A DNA stretch of 64,000 bases from an uncultured Chloroflexia bacterium (GTDB lineage: Bacteria; Chloroflexota; Limnocylindria; Limnocylindrales; CSP1-4): positions 102,122 to 166,121 of the forward strand of contig CAVVPT010000016.1 of NCBI GenBank assembly GCA_963750125.1, read 5' to 3'. Shown here one piece after another: positions 20,786 through 29,791 of this stretch (within the stretch, counting starts at the first letter, position 1; every line of letters starts with the position of its first letter). The translations under genes were made by a program, and so were the position numbers. The notes under the pieces are model-generated. The model saw only the letters and a program-made list of their open reading frames with translations. It was not told where the DNA came from and searched no databases.

Positions 20786-20825
20786 CACCGCAAGACGCGA
20801 CCAGCACGGAAAAGGAGCAAACACC

Positions 20826-21050
20826 ATGACATTCCAGCTGAACGCCTCCCACCACCAGCACGAACTCGAGGCCGAAGCCGCGCACGAACGGCTCGTCCGC
20901 GAGTCCCGTTCGGGTCGCCGACCGTCGGCCGTCAGTCGCGCGCGCGCCGCCCTGGGGCTCGGCATCGTCGAGCTCGGATTCGCGCTCGGCGGAGAATCCG
21001 CCCGCCGGCGCGCGAGGGACGCGGCGCGGCCGCGATCGCTCGCGGTCTAG
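20826..21050 (+). CDS. small hypothetical protein (74 aa)
   Basis: ATG preceded by AAAGGAG. The helical N-terminus is HQHELEAEAAHERLVRE, and a hydrophobic stretch is ALGLGIVELGFALG. Confidence 0.5.
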   Translation: MTFQLNASHHQHELEAEAAHERLVRESRSGRRPSAVSRARAALGLGIVELGFALGGESARRRARDAARPRSLAV

Positions 21051-21082
21051 GCTCGCCGGCCGACGCCCGCTAGGATGCGGAA

Positions 21083-21658
21083 ATGTCAGCGACGCCCACC
21101 ACCGACCGACTTCCCTTCACCGGCGACGACGAGGCCGACCGCTTCCTGGTCCAGGAGCCGCTCGCGCTCCTCATCGGGTTCGCCCTCGACCAGCAGGTCA
21201 CCGTCCAGAAGGCCTTCAGTGGCCCGCTGGAACTCCGCCGCCGGCTCGGCCACCTGGACGCGGCCGGCATCGCCGGCACGGAACCTGCCGAGCTCGAGCG
21301 CGTGTTCCGGACGCCGCCCGCCATCCACCGCTTCCCGGGCAGCATGGCCGGCAAGGTCCAGGCGCTGACAAAGGTGATCGCCGAGGACTACGGCAACGAC
21401 GCGGGCCGAGTGTGGACCGAGGCCGTCGACGGGCGCGACCTGCAGCGGCGCCTGCTGGCGCTGCCGGGCATCGGCGAGATGAAGGCCCGCGCGCTGATCG
21501 CGATCGTCGGGCGCCGGCTCGGGGTCAAGCCACCCGGCTGGGACGAGGTGGCGCCGACGGGCCCGACGCTCGGTGACGTGGAGACGCCCGAGGACCTCGC
21601 CCGGTACCAGGAGGGCAAGCGCGCGGCGAAGGCCGCGGCCCGGGCAGCAAAGGCGTAG
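21083..21658 (+). CDS. HhH-GPD superfamily protein (base-excision-repair glycosylase fold)
   Basis: 191 aa with the helix-hairpin-helix LLALPGIGEMKARALI. Confidence 0.8.
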   Translation: MSATPTTDRLPFTGDDEADRFLVQEPLALLIGFALDQQVTVQKAFSGPLELRRRLGHLDAAGIAGTEPAELERVFRTPPAIHRFPGSMAGKVQALTKVIAEDYGNDAGRVWTEAVDGRDLQRRLLALPGIGEMKARALIAIVGRRLGVKPPGWDEVAPTGPTLGDVETPEDLARYQEGKRAAKAAARAAKA

Positions 21659-21689
21659 CGGACCGCAATCGGTCCTGGACCCCGCGCCG

Positions 21690-21794
21690 TTTGCCGCCCC
21701 ACGGCAGCAGACGCTCCCGGTGACACCTCAGGTGTGCCTCTTTGCCGCCCCACGGCAACGATCGGCGGGAAGTCGTCGGGTTCGACCGTGGGGC
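21690..21794. repeat. intergenic repeat/hairpin cluster
   Basis: The 17-bp direct repeat TTTGCCGCCCCACGGCA occurs at 21690-21706 and 21741-21757, and each copy contains TGCCG-N5-CGGCA. The palindrome ACACCT-c-AGGTGT lies at 21723-21735. The 9-bp stem GCCCCACGG (21747-21755) pairs with CCGTGGGGC (21786-21794). Confidence 0.7.
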
Positions 21795-21889
21795 ATTACG
21801 AATTCCGGCCAATGCGAGACCTCGTTCGTCACTCTGCCGTCCGACGGCGGCCCGATCGAGCAGACGAGTGCCGGCCAGCCTCCGTGCGA

Positions 21890-23422
21890 TCAGCCCAGCT
21901 GTGGAACGGGGCTCCGCCGATCGGCCGGTCGTGCAGCGAGCAGTGCCCGGACCCGTTCCAGGAGGTCGGTGACCTCGAACGGCTTGAGCATGAGGTCCAC
22001 CGCGGGGGCGGCAGCCCACTCGCGGTCGAACGCATCGCCGGCCCAACCCGACACGAACAGGATCGGCAGCTCAGGCCGTTCGACGCGGAGCCGCCGGGCG
22101 AGCTCGAGGCCTGCCATGCCGGGCATGACGGCATCGGACACGAGCAGGTCCACGTTTCCCGCGCGCGACGCTGTCACTCCCAACGCCTCCTCCCCGCTCG
22201 ATGCAGTGACCACGACGTAGCCGGCACTCGACAGGACGCGTTCGAGGAGCGTGAGGACCGCAGGTTCGTCCTCGACGACGAGGACCGTCTCCGGCCGCTC
22301 GGTGCCCGGATCGTCCCCGCCACCGGCGTACGTTCCGGACGGCTGTGTCGCAGCCCGCGGCAGCAGCACGCGGATCGTCGTCCCAGGCGTGACGTCGCCG
22401 TCGACCCAGATCCGCCCTCCGGATGCCCGAACCGTTGAGAAGACCGTCGCAAGTCCGAGTCCGCTGCTGCCGCGATTGGACCTGGTCGTAAAGAACGGCA
22501 GGAAGACCCGCTCGCGGATGGACTCCTCGATGCCGCCACCCGTATCGCTGACACTGAGCCGCAGCATTCCGTGGGCGGATGCCATCGCCTCGGGGAGATG
22601 GCCGCCGGCGTCCTCGAGCTCGATCGACAGCTTTCCGCCCTCGGGCATCGCGTCACGGGCGTTGACCGCGAGATTGACGAGCACCTGCTCGAGCTGAGCG
22701 CGATCGGCCTCGACCCACGGCGCGCGGGCGGTTGCATTGAATGCGATCTCGACCTGCACGCCGATTGCGCGTTCGAGCATCGGGATCAGGCTTCCGATCA
22801 GGTCGGCCAGGTTGAGCGTCTCGGGACGGACGATGCCGGGGCTCCCGAATGCGAGCAGTTGCTTGGTGAGTGCGGCGGCACGGTCGCCGGCGGTCCGGAT
22901 CTGTTGCGCCGCCTCGAGCTCGTCCCCTGGCGGCAGCCGGGCCACCAGCAGCTCGCTGAACCCGTTGATCACCATGAGCAGGTTGTTGAAGTCGTGGGCG
23001 ATCCCGCCCGCAAGCTGGCCGACGGCCTCCATCCGCTGCGCCATGCGCAGCCGCTCCTCGAGCCGGCGTCGTTCGCTGACGTCGATGGCCATGACCATCC
23101 GGCACGGACGGCCGTCGAACAGGAGCTCGTGGCCGGTCATCTCCACCTCGACCACCGACCCATCGCGACGGATATGGCGGAACGTCTCGCCGCCGACGTG
23201 CCCCCGCGGCATCGTCCGAAGCCGCTCGCGCAGGCGCGGCCCGTCGTCGGGGTGGATGAGCCGATCGACCGTCAGCGCGCGCGCCTCATCGTGGCCGTAC
23301 CCGTACTGATGCACCGCGGCATCGTTGATCGCCACGATCCGGCCGTCGGCCGGATCCCAGATCGCCATCGCGATTGGATGCGAATCGAACAGCCGGCGAT
23401 AGGCATCGGTGTCGGCGGTCAT
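21890..23422 (-). CDS. hybrid sensor histidine kinase (PAS-HisKA-HATPase_c-REC)
   Basis: 510 aa: a PAS domain, H-box GIAHDFNNLL, an ATPase domain, and a C-terminal receiver (VLVVEDEP...LLVSDAVMPGMAG). Confidence 0.95.
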   Translation of the reverse strand: MTADTDAYRRLFDSHPIAMAIWDPADGRIVAINDAAVHQYGYGHDEARALTVDRLIHPDDGPRLRERLRTMPRGHVGGETFRHIRRDGSVVEVEMTGHELLFDGRPCRMVMAIDVSERRRLEERLRMAQRMEAVGQLAGGIAHDFNNLLMVINGFSELLVARLPPGDELEAAQQIRTAGDRAAALTKQLLAFGSPGIVRPETLNLADLIGSLIPMLERAIGVQVEIAFNATARAPWVEADRAQLEQVLVNLAVNARDAMPEGGKLSIELEDAGGHLPEAMASAHGMLRLSVSDTGGGIEESIRERVFLPFFTTRSNRGSSGLGLATVFSTVRASGGRIWVDGDVTPGTTIRVLLPRAATQPSGTYAGGGDDPGTERPETVLVVEDEPAVLTLLERVLSSAGYVVVTASSGEEALGVTASRAGNVDLLVSDAVMPGMAGLELARRLRVERPELPILFVSGWAGDAFDREWAAAPAVDLMLKPFEVTDLLERVRALLAARPADRRSPVPQLG

Positions 23423-24156
23423 TGCGGTACCGGGGCGAGATGCCTGGTGAAGAACGCGATCGTTCGCTGCCAGGCGTCCTCGGCTGCGTCCGGATCGTGG
23501 CCGAGCCGTATGGGCATTCGACGTCCGAGCCAGGCCGTGACGCCGTCGTAGCGGGTCATGAAGCCGTGCCCGGCACTCGGGTAGGTCCGCACATCATGGT
23601 CGACGCCAAGCGTCGTCAGCGACGTTTCGAGCCGCTCGGCACCGGCCGCGAAGACGCTGTCCCGACCGCCGAAGCTCGCCACGACCGGGCAGATGCCGTC
23701 GAGCTCGTCATCGTCCGGGACGGCCGGGTAGAAGGAGGCGACGGCGTCGACCTCGGCGCCTGACGCGTAGAGCAATGCGAAGCCGCCGCCCATGCAGAAG
23801 CCGGCTACGCCGATCGACCGACCGGCAACCTCGGGTCGCTGGCCCAGCCAGGCGCGTGCTGCGTCGAGTTGACGGTACGGCCGCCCGACCTTGCTCCGGC
23901 CGATTCCACGCATGAACCGGGCGATGCAGAATGGTTTTGGGCCGAGCCCGGCGAGGAAGTCCGGGGCCAGCGAGACGAACCCGGACTCGCTGAAGCGACG
24001 CGCCAGGCGGCGCATTTCATCGGTCAGGCCGAGCGCCTCGTGAATGACGAGAATGCCCGGTCGCGGCCCGATTGCAGCGGAAACCGGAAAGAACGCGGCC
24101 GGGATCGCCCGGCCGCCGGTCAGCGCGATCGCGACGTCATCTCCCACTCCGGACAA
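23419..24156 (-). CDS. dienelactone hydrolase family protein
   Basis: 245 aa with the nucleophile motif GFCMGG and a late His in AGHGF. Its stop overlaps the kinase start by 4 nt. Confidence 0.9.
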   Translation of the reverse strand: MSGVGDDVAIALTGGRAIPAAFFPVSAAIGPRPGILVIHEALGLTDEMRRLARRFSESGFVSLAPDFLAGLGPKPFCIARFMRGIGRSKVGRPYRQLDAARAWLGQRPEVAGRSIGVAGFCMGGGFALLYASGAEVDAVASFYPAVPDDDELDGICPVVASFGGRDSVFAAGAERLETSLTTLGVDHDVRTYPSAGHGFMTRYDGVTAWLGRRMPIRLGHDPDAAEDAWQRTIAFFTRHLAPVPQ

Positions 24157-24228
24157 TCGTAGAGGGCGCCACCGCCCGCCCGCATCCGCTGATTTGCGTA
24201 TCGATTTCCAGGGGTCCCGACCGAGCGG

Positions 24229-24633
24229 TCAGCCGGAGACGCGTGGGGAGGCGACGAGTGCCTCGAACAGGTGGTCGACCTCAACCGCAGGATCGTGACA
24301 CAACCCTGTGTGCGCCTCCGACACCTGGATGATCGTGCTCGACGGGGCGACGAGCCAATGGAACCGCTCGGCGAGGCCGAGCTGGGCGATCGGTCCGCCG
24401 GCCGGGTCGCCGCTCGCGATCCGGACGATCGCGTCGAGGTGCGCCTGGACGTCGGCCGGCGCAAGGCCTGGAGCGATTGCCGCCAGGCGGGTGGTATCGA
24501 GGCCGACCCGTGCGCCGAGGTAGCGTTTCGGGCGGCACATCAGGACAACGCCGGCATTCACGCATTCGCCCCGGGCGATGTCCGGGACGACCCGGACGAT
24601 CGCGTACTGGAACGGGTTACGCGGTGCGCCCAC
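24229..24633 (-). CDS. DUF3037 domain protein
   Basis: GTG at 24633 with GAGGAGG 6 nt upstream. The N-terminus PFQYAIVRVVPDIARGECVNAGVVL is typical of DUF3037. Confidence 0.8.
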   Translation of the reverse strand: MGAPRNPFQYAIVRVVPDIARGECVNAGVVLMCRPKRYLGARVGLDTTRLAAIAPGLAPADVQAHLDAIVRIASGDPAGGPIAQLGLAERFHWLVAPSSTIIQVSEAHTGLCHDPAVEVDHLFEALVASPRVSG

Positions 24634-25417
24634 GGTCGGCCTCCTCGACGAAGGGGCGCGGCGCGTCCAGGCGGCGCATGAGGTAGCGGACGTAGGCGCG
24701 ACGCTGGGCGGACGGCCCGCCGATCGTGGGGTCGCGCGGAAGCCAGACCTCGGGAACCTGCTCGACCACCTCCTGGATGGCGGCCTCGTTGAGCAGCGGC
24801 GCAAGCCGGGCGTCGGCCGCCTCGATGGAGCCGGCATACGGCAGCAGCACGTGATCCTTGATGCGTTCGAATGGGCGGCGGGCGTGCTCGTCGACGTCAC
24901 GCCAGGTGTGATGGACATACAGCGCCGCGCCGTGATCGATCAGCCACGTCCGCCCGTGCCAGACAAGCATGTTGACGTTCTGCGGCGAGCGATCGGGATT
25001 CATCACGAGTCCGTCGAACCACACGACATCGGCAGCGAAGTCGGGGTCAGGTCGGGGGCCGGCCGCCGGGCTGAAGGGCAGCGATCCGGGCAGGAAGTCG
25101 AGTCCGAGGTTCAGCCCGCCGCTGGCGTGGATCAGGTCCTGGATCTCCTCGTCGGGCTCCGCGTCGCCGAGTCCCCGGTCCACCTCCACGCCGACGATGT
25201 CCGGCACTGGCAGGCCCAACAGCCGGCCGAGCTCGCCACAGATCCACTCGGCCGCGAGCACCCGCGGCCCCTGCCCGGCACCGCGGAACTTGAGCACGTA
25301 CATGCCGTCGTCGTCAGCCTCGATGAGGGCCGGCAGCGACCCGCCTTCGCGCAGGGGCGTGACGTAACGCGTCGCGACGACGCTCCTGAAACGCGCGGTC
25401 GGGGATCGGGTCGCCAT
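24617..25417 (-). CDS. HipA-like (HipA_C fold) serine/threonine kinase
   Basis: ATG at 25417. Glycine-rich loop KFRGAGQG, catalytic-loop-like LVMNPDRSPQNVNML and downstream IDHG. It overlaps the DUF3037 gene by 17 nt. Confidence 0.8.
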   Translation of the reverse strand: MATRSPTARFRSVVATRYVTPLREGGSLPALIEADDDGMYVLKFRGAGQGPRVLAAEWICGELGRLLGLPVPDIVGVEVDRGLGDAEPDEEIQDLIHASGGLNLGLDFLPGSLPFSPAAGPRPDPDFAADVVWFDGLVMNPDRSPQNVNMLVWHGRTWLIDHGAALYVHHTWRDVDEHARRPFERIKDHVLLPYAGSIEAADARLAPLLNEAAIQEVVEQVPEVWLPRDPTIGGPSAQRRAYVRYLMRRLDAPRPFVEEADRGRTA

Positions 25418-25557
25418 CGAGGCAGAGCGTAGCGGAGCCGGCATCGACGGATGTCGTATCCCGGGATGGACGGCGGCCGGTGGCGGCACGCCCCGCCCCT
25501 CGCGACGCTCCAGCCAACAGCATCCGTCATCGACGCTTACGACATCAGGAGGCCCTC

Positions 25558-26106
25558 GTGTCCGCATCCGCTCCCACGTTCGCCGCAGCAGCACGGCCCT
25601 TCGGACGACCCATCCCCGCGGCGAGCGTTGCTGCGTCCGCCGCGCTCGTGGCAGCCACGACCCTGACCATCACCATGGCCTACGTCGCGATCGCCCATCT
25701 CGCGGGCGGAATGCGCTTCGGCGATGGGACACACTCGGCGATCGTGGACAGCCTGCACGTCGTGACGGCCCTCCTCCTGCTTCCCGTTCCGTTCGCCCTC
25801 CACCGCCTGCTTGGGCGCACCTCGCCACGGTTGAGCGCCGCCGGCGTGGCCCTCGCCGTCGACGGGATCGCGTTCGCGGCGATCCTGCACGCGCTGTTCG
25901 CGCTCGGCGCGATCACCTTCGATGCGGCCGGCCCGCTGCTGCTCATCGGCTATCTGGCGTTTGCCGGCTGGCTGTGGATCGTCGGCTCCCTGGGCACGGC
26001 GAGCGGCACGCTCCGGAACGGCCGCTGGATGGCCGTCGTCGGCGCCACGATCGTCGGCTTGCCCGTATGGCTCGTGTGGATCGCCCGGGGCCTCGACGAG
26101 GCCTGA
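25558..26106 (+). CDS. integral membrane protein, unknown function
   Basis: GTG at 25558 with AGGAGG 5 nt upstream. The 182-aa product has about 5 helices. Confidence 0.65.
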   Translation: MSASAPTFAAAARPFGRPIPAASVAASAALVAATTLTITMAYVAIAHLAGGMRFGDGTHSAIVDSLHVVTALLLLPVPFALHRLLGRTSPRLSAAGVALAVDGIAFAAILHALFALGAITFDAAGPLLLIGYLAFAGWLWIVGSLGTASGTLRNGRWMAVVGATIVGLPVWLVWIARGLDEA

Positions 26107-26211
26107 GAAGCGGCGTCTCCAGGGGGGCATTCCTGACAAGAATCGGCATGTATCCGGGCTATGCTTCGAGGCGAACGACGTGATCGAAGATCGTCCCAGC
26201 GGAGCACGGTG

Positions 26212-26394
26212 ATGCTGAACTACGAATACGCCCGAATCGTGGAGCAGGATCGACGGCGCGAGATCGCAGCGCGCATCCGGATCCAGCGGGCGCTGCACCC
26301 CGAAGAGCCAGTCAGCGAGGCTCGTCCGGCGTCGAACGTGGGCCCCCGACGTGGGCTCCAGACTGCCCGCAGCTCGACGACGCCGGCGCGCTGA
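26212..26394 (+). CDS. small hypothetical protein (60 aa)
   Basis: ATG at 26212 with GGAG 7 nt upstream. The helical N-terminus is NYEYARIVEQDRRREIAARIRIQ. Confidence 0.4.
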   Translation: MLNYEYARIVEQDRRREIAARIRIQRALHPEEPVSEARPASNVGPRRGLQTARSSTTPAR

Positions 26395-26402
26395 ACCTGC
26401 CC

Positions 26403-27410
26403 CTAGCCTCGCCCAGCGACGGCCGCGGTCTCCTCCCTGACCGCGGCCTCGCCATACCGGTCGAGGATTCGCCGAGCCGTGGCGATGACCTGCTCGCGGA
26501 CCTCGCGCGGCTCGAGCAATTCCACCCCGGAGCCCAGGCGGAGCATTGCGTGGGCGACCTCATCGGGCCATTCGACATGCAGCCGAAGGTGGACCCAGCC
26601 TTCCGGATCGATCACCTCGAGGCGCTCCGCCTCATCGGCCGCGCGACGGCCGACCGCCTCCGACAGCCAGCCCACCCGCTCAGGGCGGATTCGAATCACC
26701 ACCTCGGCGCGTGGCGCTTCGCGTTCGTACGCGGCACTCGATTCGGCCCAGTAGGCAGCGAGATCGAAGCCATCCGGCCGTTCGAAGCGGCGCTCGAGTG
26801 GCTCGGCCCCGCGGATCCGCGCGATGCGGTACGTCCGAAGCTGGCCCTCGGTCCGGGCAACCACGTACCAGACGCCCGCCTTGAGGACGAGCCCGAGCGG
26901 CTCGACCTCGCGGGTCACGATCCGGTCGCTCCTGCCGTAGTCGATCTCGACGGCGCGCGCCTCCCAGACCGCGTCGGCCATCGTGGCGAGGTGCGGCGTT
27001 TCCTCCCCGACCTGGAACCAGCCGGCAGCGTCCAGGTGAAAGCGCTCGACGAGCCGCGACGCGCGCGCCCGGAGCTCGGGCGGCAGGGCCGCGAGGACCT
27101 TCAGCCGCGCCGCGGTCACGACGGTTCCCAGGCCGAGTTCCGCAGCCGGACCCGGGAGTCCCGACAGGAACAGCGCCTCTGCCTCATCCGGGGTCATCCC
27201 GGTCAGCCGCGTGCGGTAGCCGTCGACCAGGCGGATGCCGCCGTGCGGACCGCGTTCCGCGTAGATCGGGACGCCCGCCTCGCTCAATGCTTCGACGTCA
27301 CGATGGATGCTCCGGACGGAGACTTCGAGCTCGCGGGCGAGGGCCGCGGCGGTCATCTGGCCGCGCGTCTGGAGCAGGAGCAGCAGCGAGACGAGGCGGG
27401 AAGCACGCAT
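26403..27410 (-). CDS. YafY-family transcriptional regulator (HTH + WYL + WCX domains)
   Basis: 335 aa with an N-terminal HTH (MTAAALARELEVSVRSIHRDVEAL) and a WYL-type core (LGLVLKAGVWYVVA). Confidence 0.9.
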   Translation of the reverse strand: MRASRLVSLLLLLQTRGQMTAAALARELEVSVRSIHRDVEALSEAGVPIYAERGPHGGIRLVDGYRTRLTGMTPDEAEALFLSGLPGPAAELGLGTVVTAARLKVLAALPPELRARASRLVERFHLDAAGWFQVGEETPHLATMADAVWEARAVEIDYGRSDRIVTREVEPLGLVLKAGVWYVVARTEGQLRTYRIARIRGAEPLERRFERPDGFDLAAYWAESSAAYEREAPRAEVVIRIRPERVGWLSEAVGRRAADEAERLEVIDPEGWVHLRLHVEWPDEVAHAMLRLGSGVELLEPREVREQVIATARRILDRYGEAAVREETAAVAGRG

Positions 27411-27463
27411 CCCCGCAGTCTAGCCAAATATGACGCTGCGTGTCAGGTTTGGACCGGCTGCCA

Positions 27464-27970
27464 TCAGACGCTGAGGAGTGAGATCAGGATCGAGATCGCC
27501 TGCCGGAAGAGCACGAGCGTCAGCCAGGCCACCCCGATGAAAATCAGGCCAAGGCCGATGAAGAACAGCCGCGTGTCGGCGGTACTGGCGTCCGGGTCGC
27601 TTGCGTGGCGCCGGAACAGCGCGAGGTTGCGCTCGTTCGCTTTCGAGAAGAAGTCCAGGACATCGCCGAGGAACGGGATGGCGCCGAGGAGCATGTCCAC
27701 GCTCGCGTAGACGACCATCCGCGCGAGCACGATCCGCGGGAGCTGGAATTTGGCCGCCTCCCCGATGATCCAGAAGCTGGCGACCGCCCCCGCCACGTCG
27801 CCGATGACCGGTATGAGACCGATGATCGGGTCGATACCGAACCGTCGGCCGCCGCTGCCGGGGACCTCGATGAGGTCGTCGAAGATCCGCGTCATGTGGG
27901 CGATCCGCCGCTCGGCGGCGGCGAGCCGCGCCGTGCGAACTGGATCGATTCGTGTGACGGTTCCGGACAC
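27464..27970 (-). CDS. DUF4112 membrane protein
   Basis: Motif FGIDPIIGLIPVIGDVAGA plus two TM regions. The start is uncertain: GTG 27970 or ATG 27895. Confidence 0.75.
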   Translation of the reverse strand: MSGTVTRIDPVRTARLAAAERRIAHMTRIFDDLIEVPGSGGRRFGIDPIIGLIPVIGDVAGAVASFWIIGEAAKFQLPRIVLARMVVYASVDMLLGAIPFLGDVLDFFSKANERNLALFRRHASDPDASTADTRLFFIGLGLIFIGVAWLTLVLFRQAISILISLLSV

Positions 27971-28005
27971 CGGCGGTTTCGTTGCTCGCGAGCCGGCGGT
28001 CACGC

Positions 28006-28869
28006 TCAGACGTCGGCGCGGAAGGTGTCGCAGTCGTCGACTCGGCCACCCTCGTAGCCGGTGAGGAACCATTCCTGGCGCTGGTCCGACGAACCATGCG
28101 TCCACGTCTCCGGCGTCACCTGGCCCTGGACGCGTTCCTGAATCCGGTCGTCGCCGACCGCCGCCGCGGCATCGAGCGCCTGCGCGATGTCAGACCGGGT
28201 CAGCTGGCGGAGGAAGCCGGTGCCGGCCGCGTTGTGAGCCCAGACGCCGGCGAAGCAGTCGGCCTGGAGCTCGATACGGACTGCAGTTCCCTCGGCGCCC
28301 ACGTCGCTCTGGCCACCCTGCAGGTTCCCGATCAGGTTCTGGATGTGGTGGCCGTACTCGTGCGCCACAACGTAGCCCTCGGCCAGCGGCCCGCCCTCCG
28401 CGCCGAAGCGTTGCTGAAGCTCACCGAAGAACCCGAGGTCGAGGTACACGTGCGCGTCAAGCGGGCAGTAGAAGGGCCCGACGGCCGACGATGCTGCCCC
28501 GCAGGCCGTGTTCACCCCACCGTCATAGAGCACGGTCTCGGCAGTCTCGTAGGTGGAGCCGCTCTGGGCAAACACGTCGGACCAGTAATCCTGGATGCTG
28601 TTGACGAACCCGACGATCCGGCAATCGGCGCGCTCATTCGCGTCCTGTCCAGTCTGGCATTCGGTCAACTCGTTGCCGTTCTGGTCGGTGACAAAACCGG
28701 GGTTGGTGACGCCCGATAGCGCGCCGGGGTCGCCGCCGAGGAGCACGTAGGCGAGCACGAGGATGATGCCGATGCCGCCGCCCCCGAGGGCGATGCCACC
28801 GGCGCCGCCGACGCCACGACGGTCGAGGACCTGGCGCGGGTTGAGCCGCGCATTGGGATTGAAGACCAT
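28006..28869 (-). CDS. neutral zinc metallopeptidase (YpfJ-like)
   Basis: 287 aa with an N-terminal TM and the HExxH motif in VVAHEYGHHIQ. Confidence 0.9.
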   Translation of the reverse strand: MVFNPNARLNPRQVLDRRGVGGAGGIALGGGGIGIILVLAYVLLGGDPGALSGVTNPGFVTDQNGNELTECQTGQDANERADCRIVGFVNSIQDYWSDVFAQSGSTYETAETVLYDGGVNTACGAASSAVGPFYCPLDAHVYLDLGFFGELQQRFGAEGGPLAEGYVVAHEYGHHIQNLIGNLQGGQSDVGAEGTAVRIELQADCFAGVWAHNAAGTGFLRQLTRSDIAQALDAAAAVGDDRIQERVQGQVTPETWTHGSSDQRQEWFLTGYEGGRVDDCDTFRADV

Positions 28870-28966
28870 GAGCCGGTAGCCTCGCGGTTCGAGACCGCGA
28901 ATCGCAAAGCGGCCACCGAGTATCGCCTTGCAGCCCGCTTGCAGGGTGCGCTGGCATCATCGTCGC

Positions 28967-29791
28967 ATGACCGGTTCGCTCGAGGCCGCGCTCGAACAGG
29001 TTCGTGACTGGGCCACCGACGATGCCGCGGTCGCCGTGGTCGGACCGGCAGGGATCGTGACCTCGACCGGCGATCCTGCGCGGCTTGCCGAATGGGCGTC
29101 CGTCACGAAGCTCGTCACCGCGTGCGCCGTCCTCCGGGCGATCGAACGCGGCGCGATCGCCCTCGACGAGCCATACGGCCCCCCAGGAGCAACCGTGCGC
29201 CACCTGCTGGCCCATGCGTCGGGGCTCGGGCCGGAGGGCAACACGCCGATCAGCGCCCCCGAGCGGACACGGATCTACTCGAACGGTGGCTACGACCTCC
29301 TTGGGGCGCTCCTCGAGGCACGCTCGGGGCAGCCGATCGCGCCGATCATCGCGACTGAGGTCCTCGAGCCGCTCGGGATGGGCGCGACGCGGCTCACCGG
29401 GCGCCCGTCGTCCGGCCTGCACGGCTCGCTCGTCGACCTCGCACGCTTCGGCCGTGAGCTGCTCCGCCCGACGCTCGTGTCTCCTGGCACGCTTGCTGCT
29501 GCGACCGCCGTGGCCTTCCCGGGCCTGGCCGGAGTGCTTCCGGGGCTCGGTCGCTTCGACCCGCTCGATTGGGGGCTCGGGTTCGAGCTGCGCGACGGCA
29601 AGGATCCGCACTGGACGGGGTCTCACAACGCGCCGGGAACGTTCGGCCATTTCGGGGCGAGCGGCACGTTCCTGTGGATCGATCCCGTGGCCGATCTCGG
29701 ACTGGCCTGCATCGCCGGGCGGCCGTTCGGTTCCTGGGCGCTGGAGGCCTGGCCGGCCCTGTCGGACGCGGTCCTCGAGGCGGCTGCCTAG
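28967..29791 (+). CDS. serine hydrolase (beta-lactamase family)
   Basis: Motifs SVTK, YSN and HFG. Start taken at ATG 28967. Confidence 0.85.
   Translation: MTGSLEAALEQVRDWATDDAAVAVVGPAGIVTSTGDPARLAEWASVTKLVTACAVLRAIERGAIALDEPYGPPGATVRHLLAHASGLGPEGNTPISAPERTRIYSNGGYDLLGALLEARSGQPIAPIIATEVLEPLGMGATRLTGRPSSGLHGSLVDLARFGRELLRPTLVSPGTLAAATAVAFPGLAGVLPGLGRFDPLDWGLGFELRDGKDPHWTGSHNAPGTFGHFGASGTFLWIDPVADLGLACIAGRPFGSWALEAWPALSDAVLEAAA

Noticed and set aside
21690-21757. Mini-CRISPR formed by the repeated 17-mer.
   Set aside because: There are only two copies, the repeats are shorter than typical CRISPR repeats, and there are no cas genes.
26403-27410. The WYL-domain regulator as a marker of an adjacent phage-defence island.
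   Set aside because: Its neighbours are a DUF4112 membrane protein, a zinc peptidase, a small ORF and a membrane protein. No nuclease, helicase, methylase, cyclase or other defence-type genes are adjacent.
28876-28895. tRNA-like T-arm (GCGGT-TCGAG-ACCGC). A GGGTTCGAcc motif also occurs at 21778-21790.
   Set aside because: No complementary acceptor 5' strand, D-arm or anticodon arm can be built from the flanking sequence. These are isolated hairpins only.
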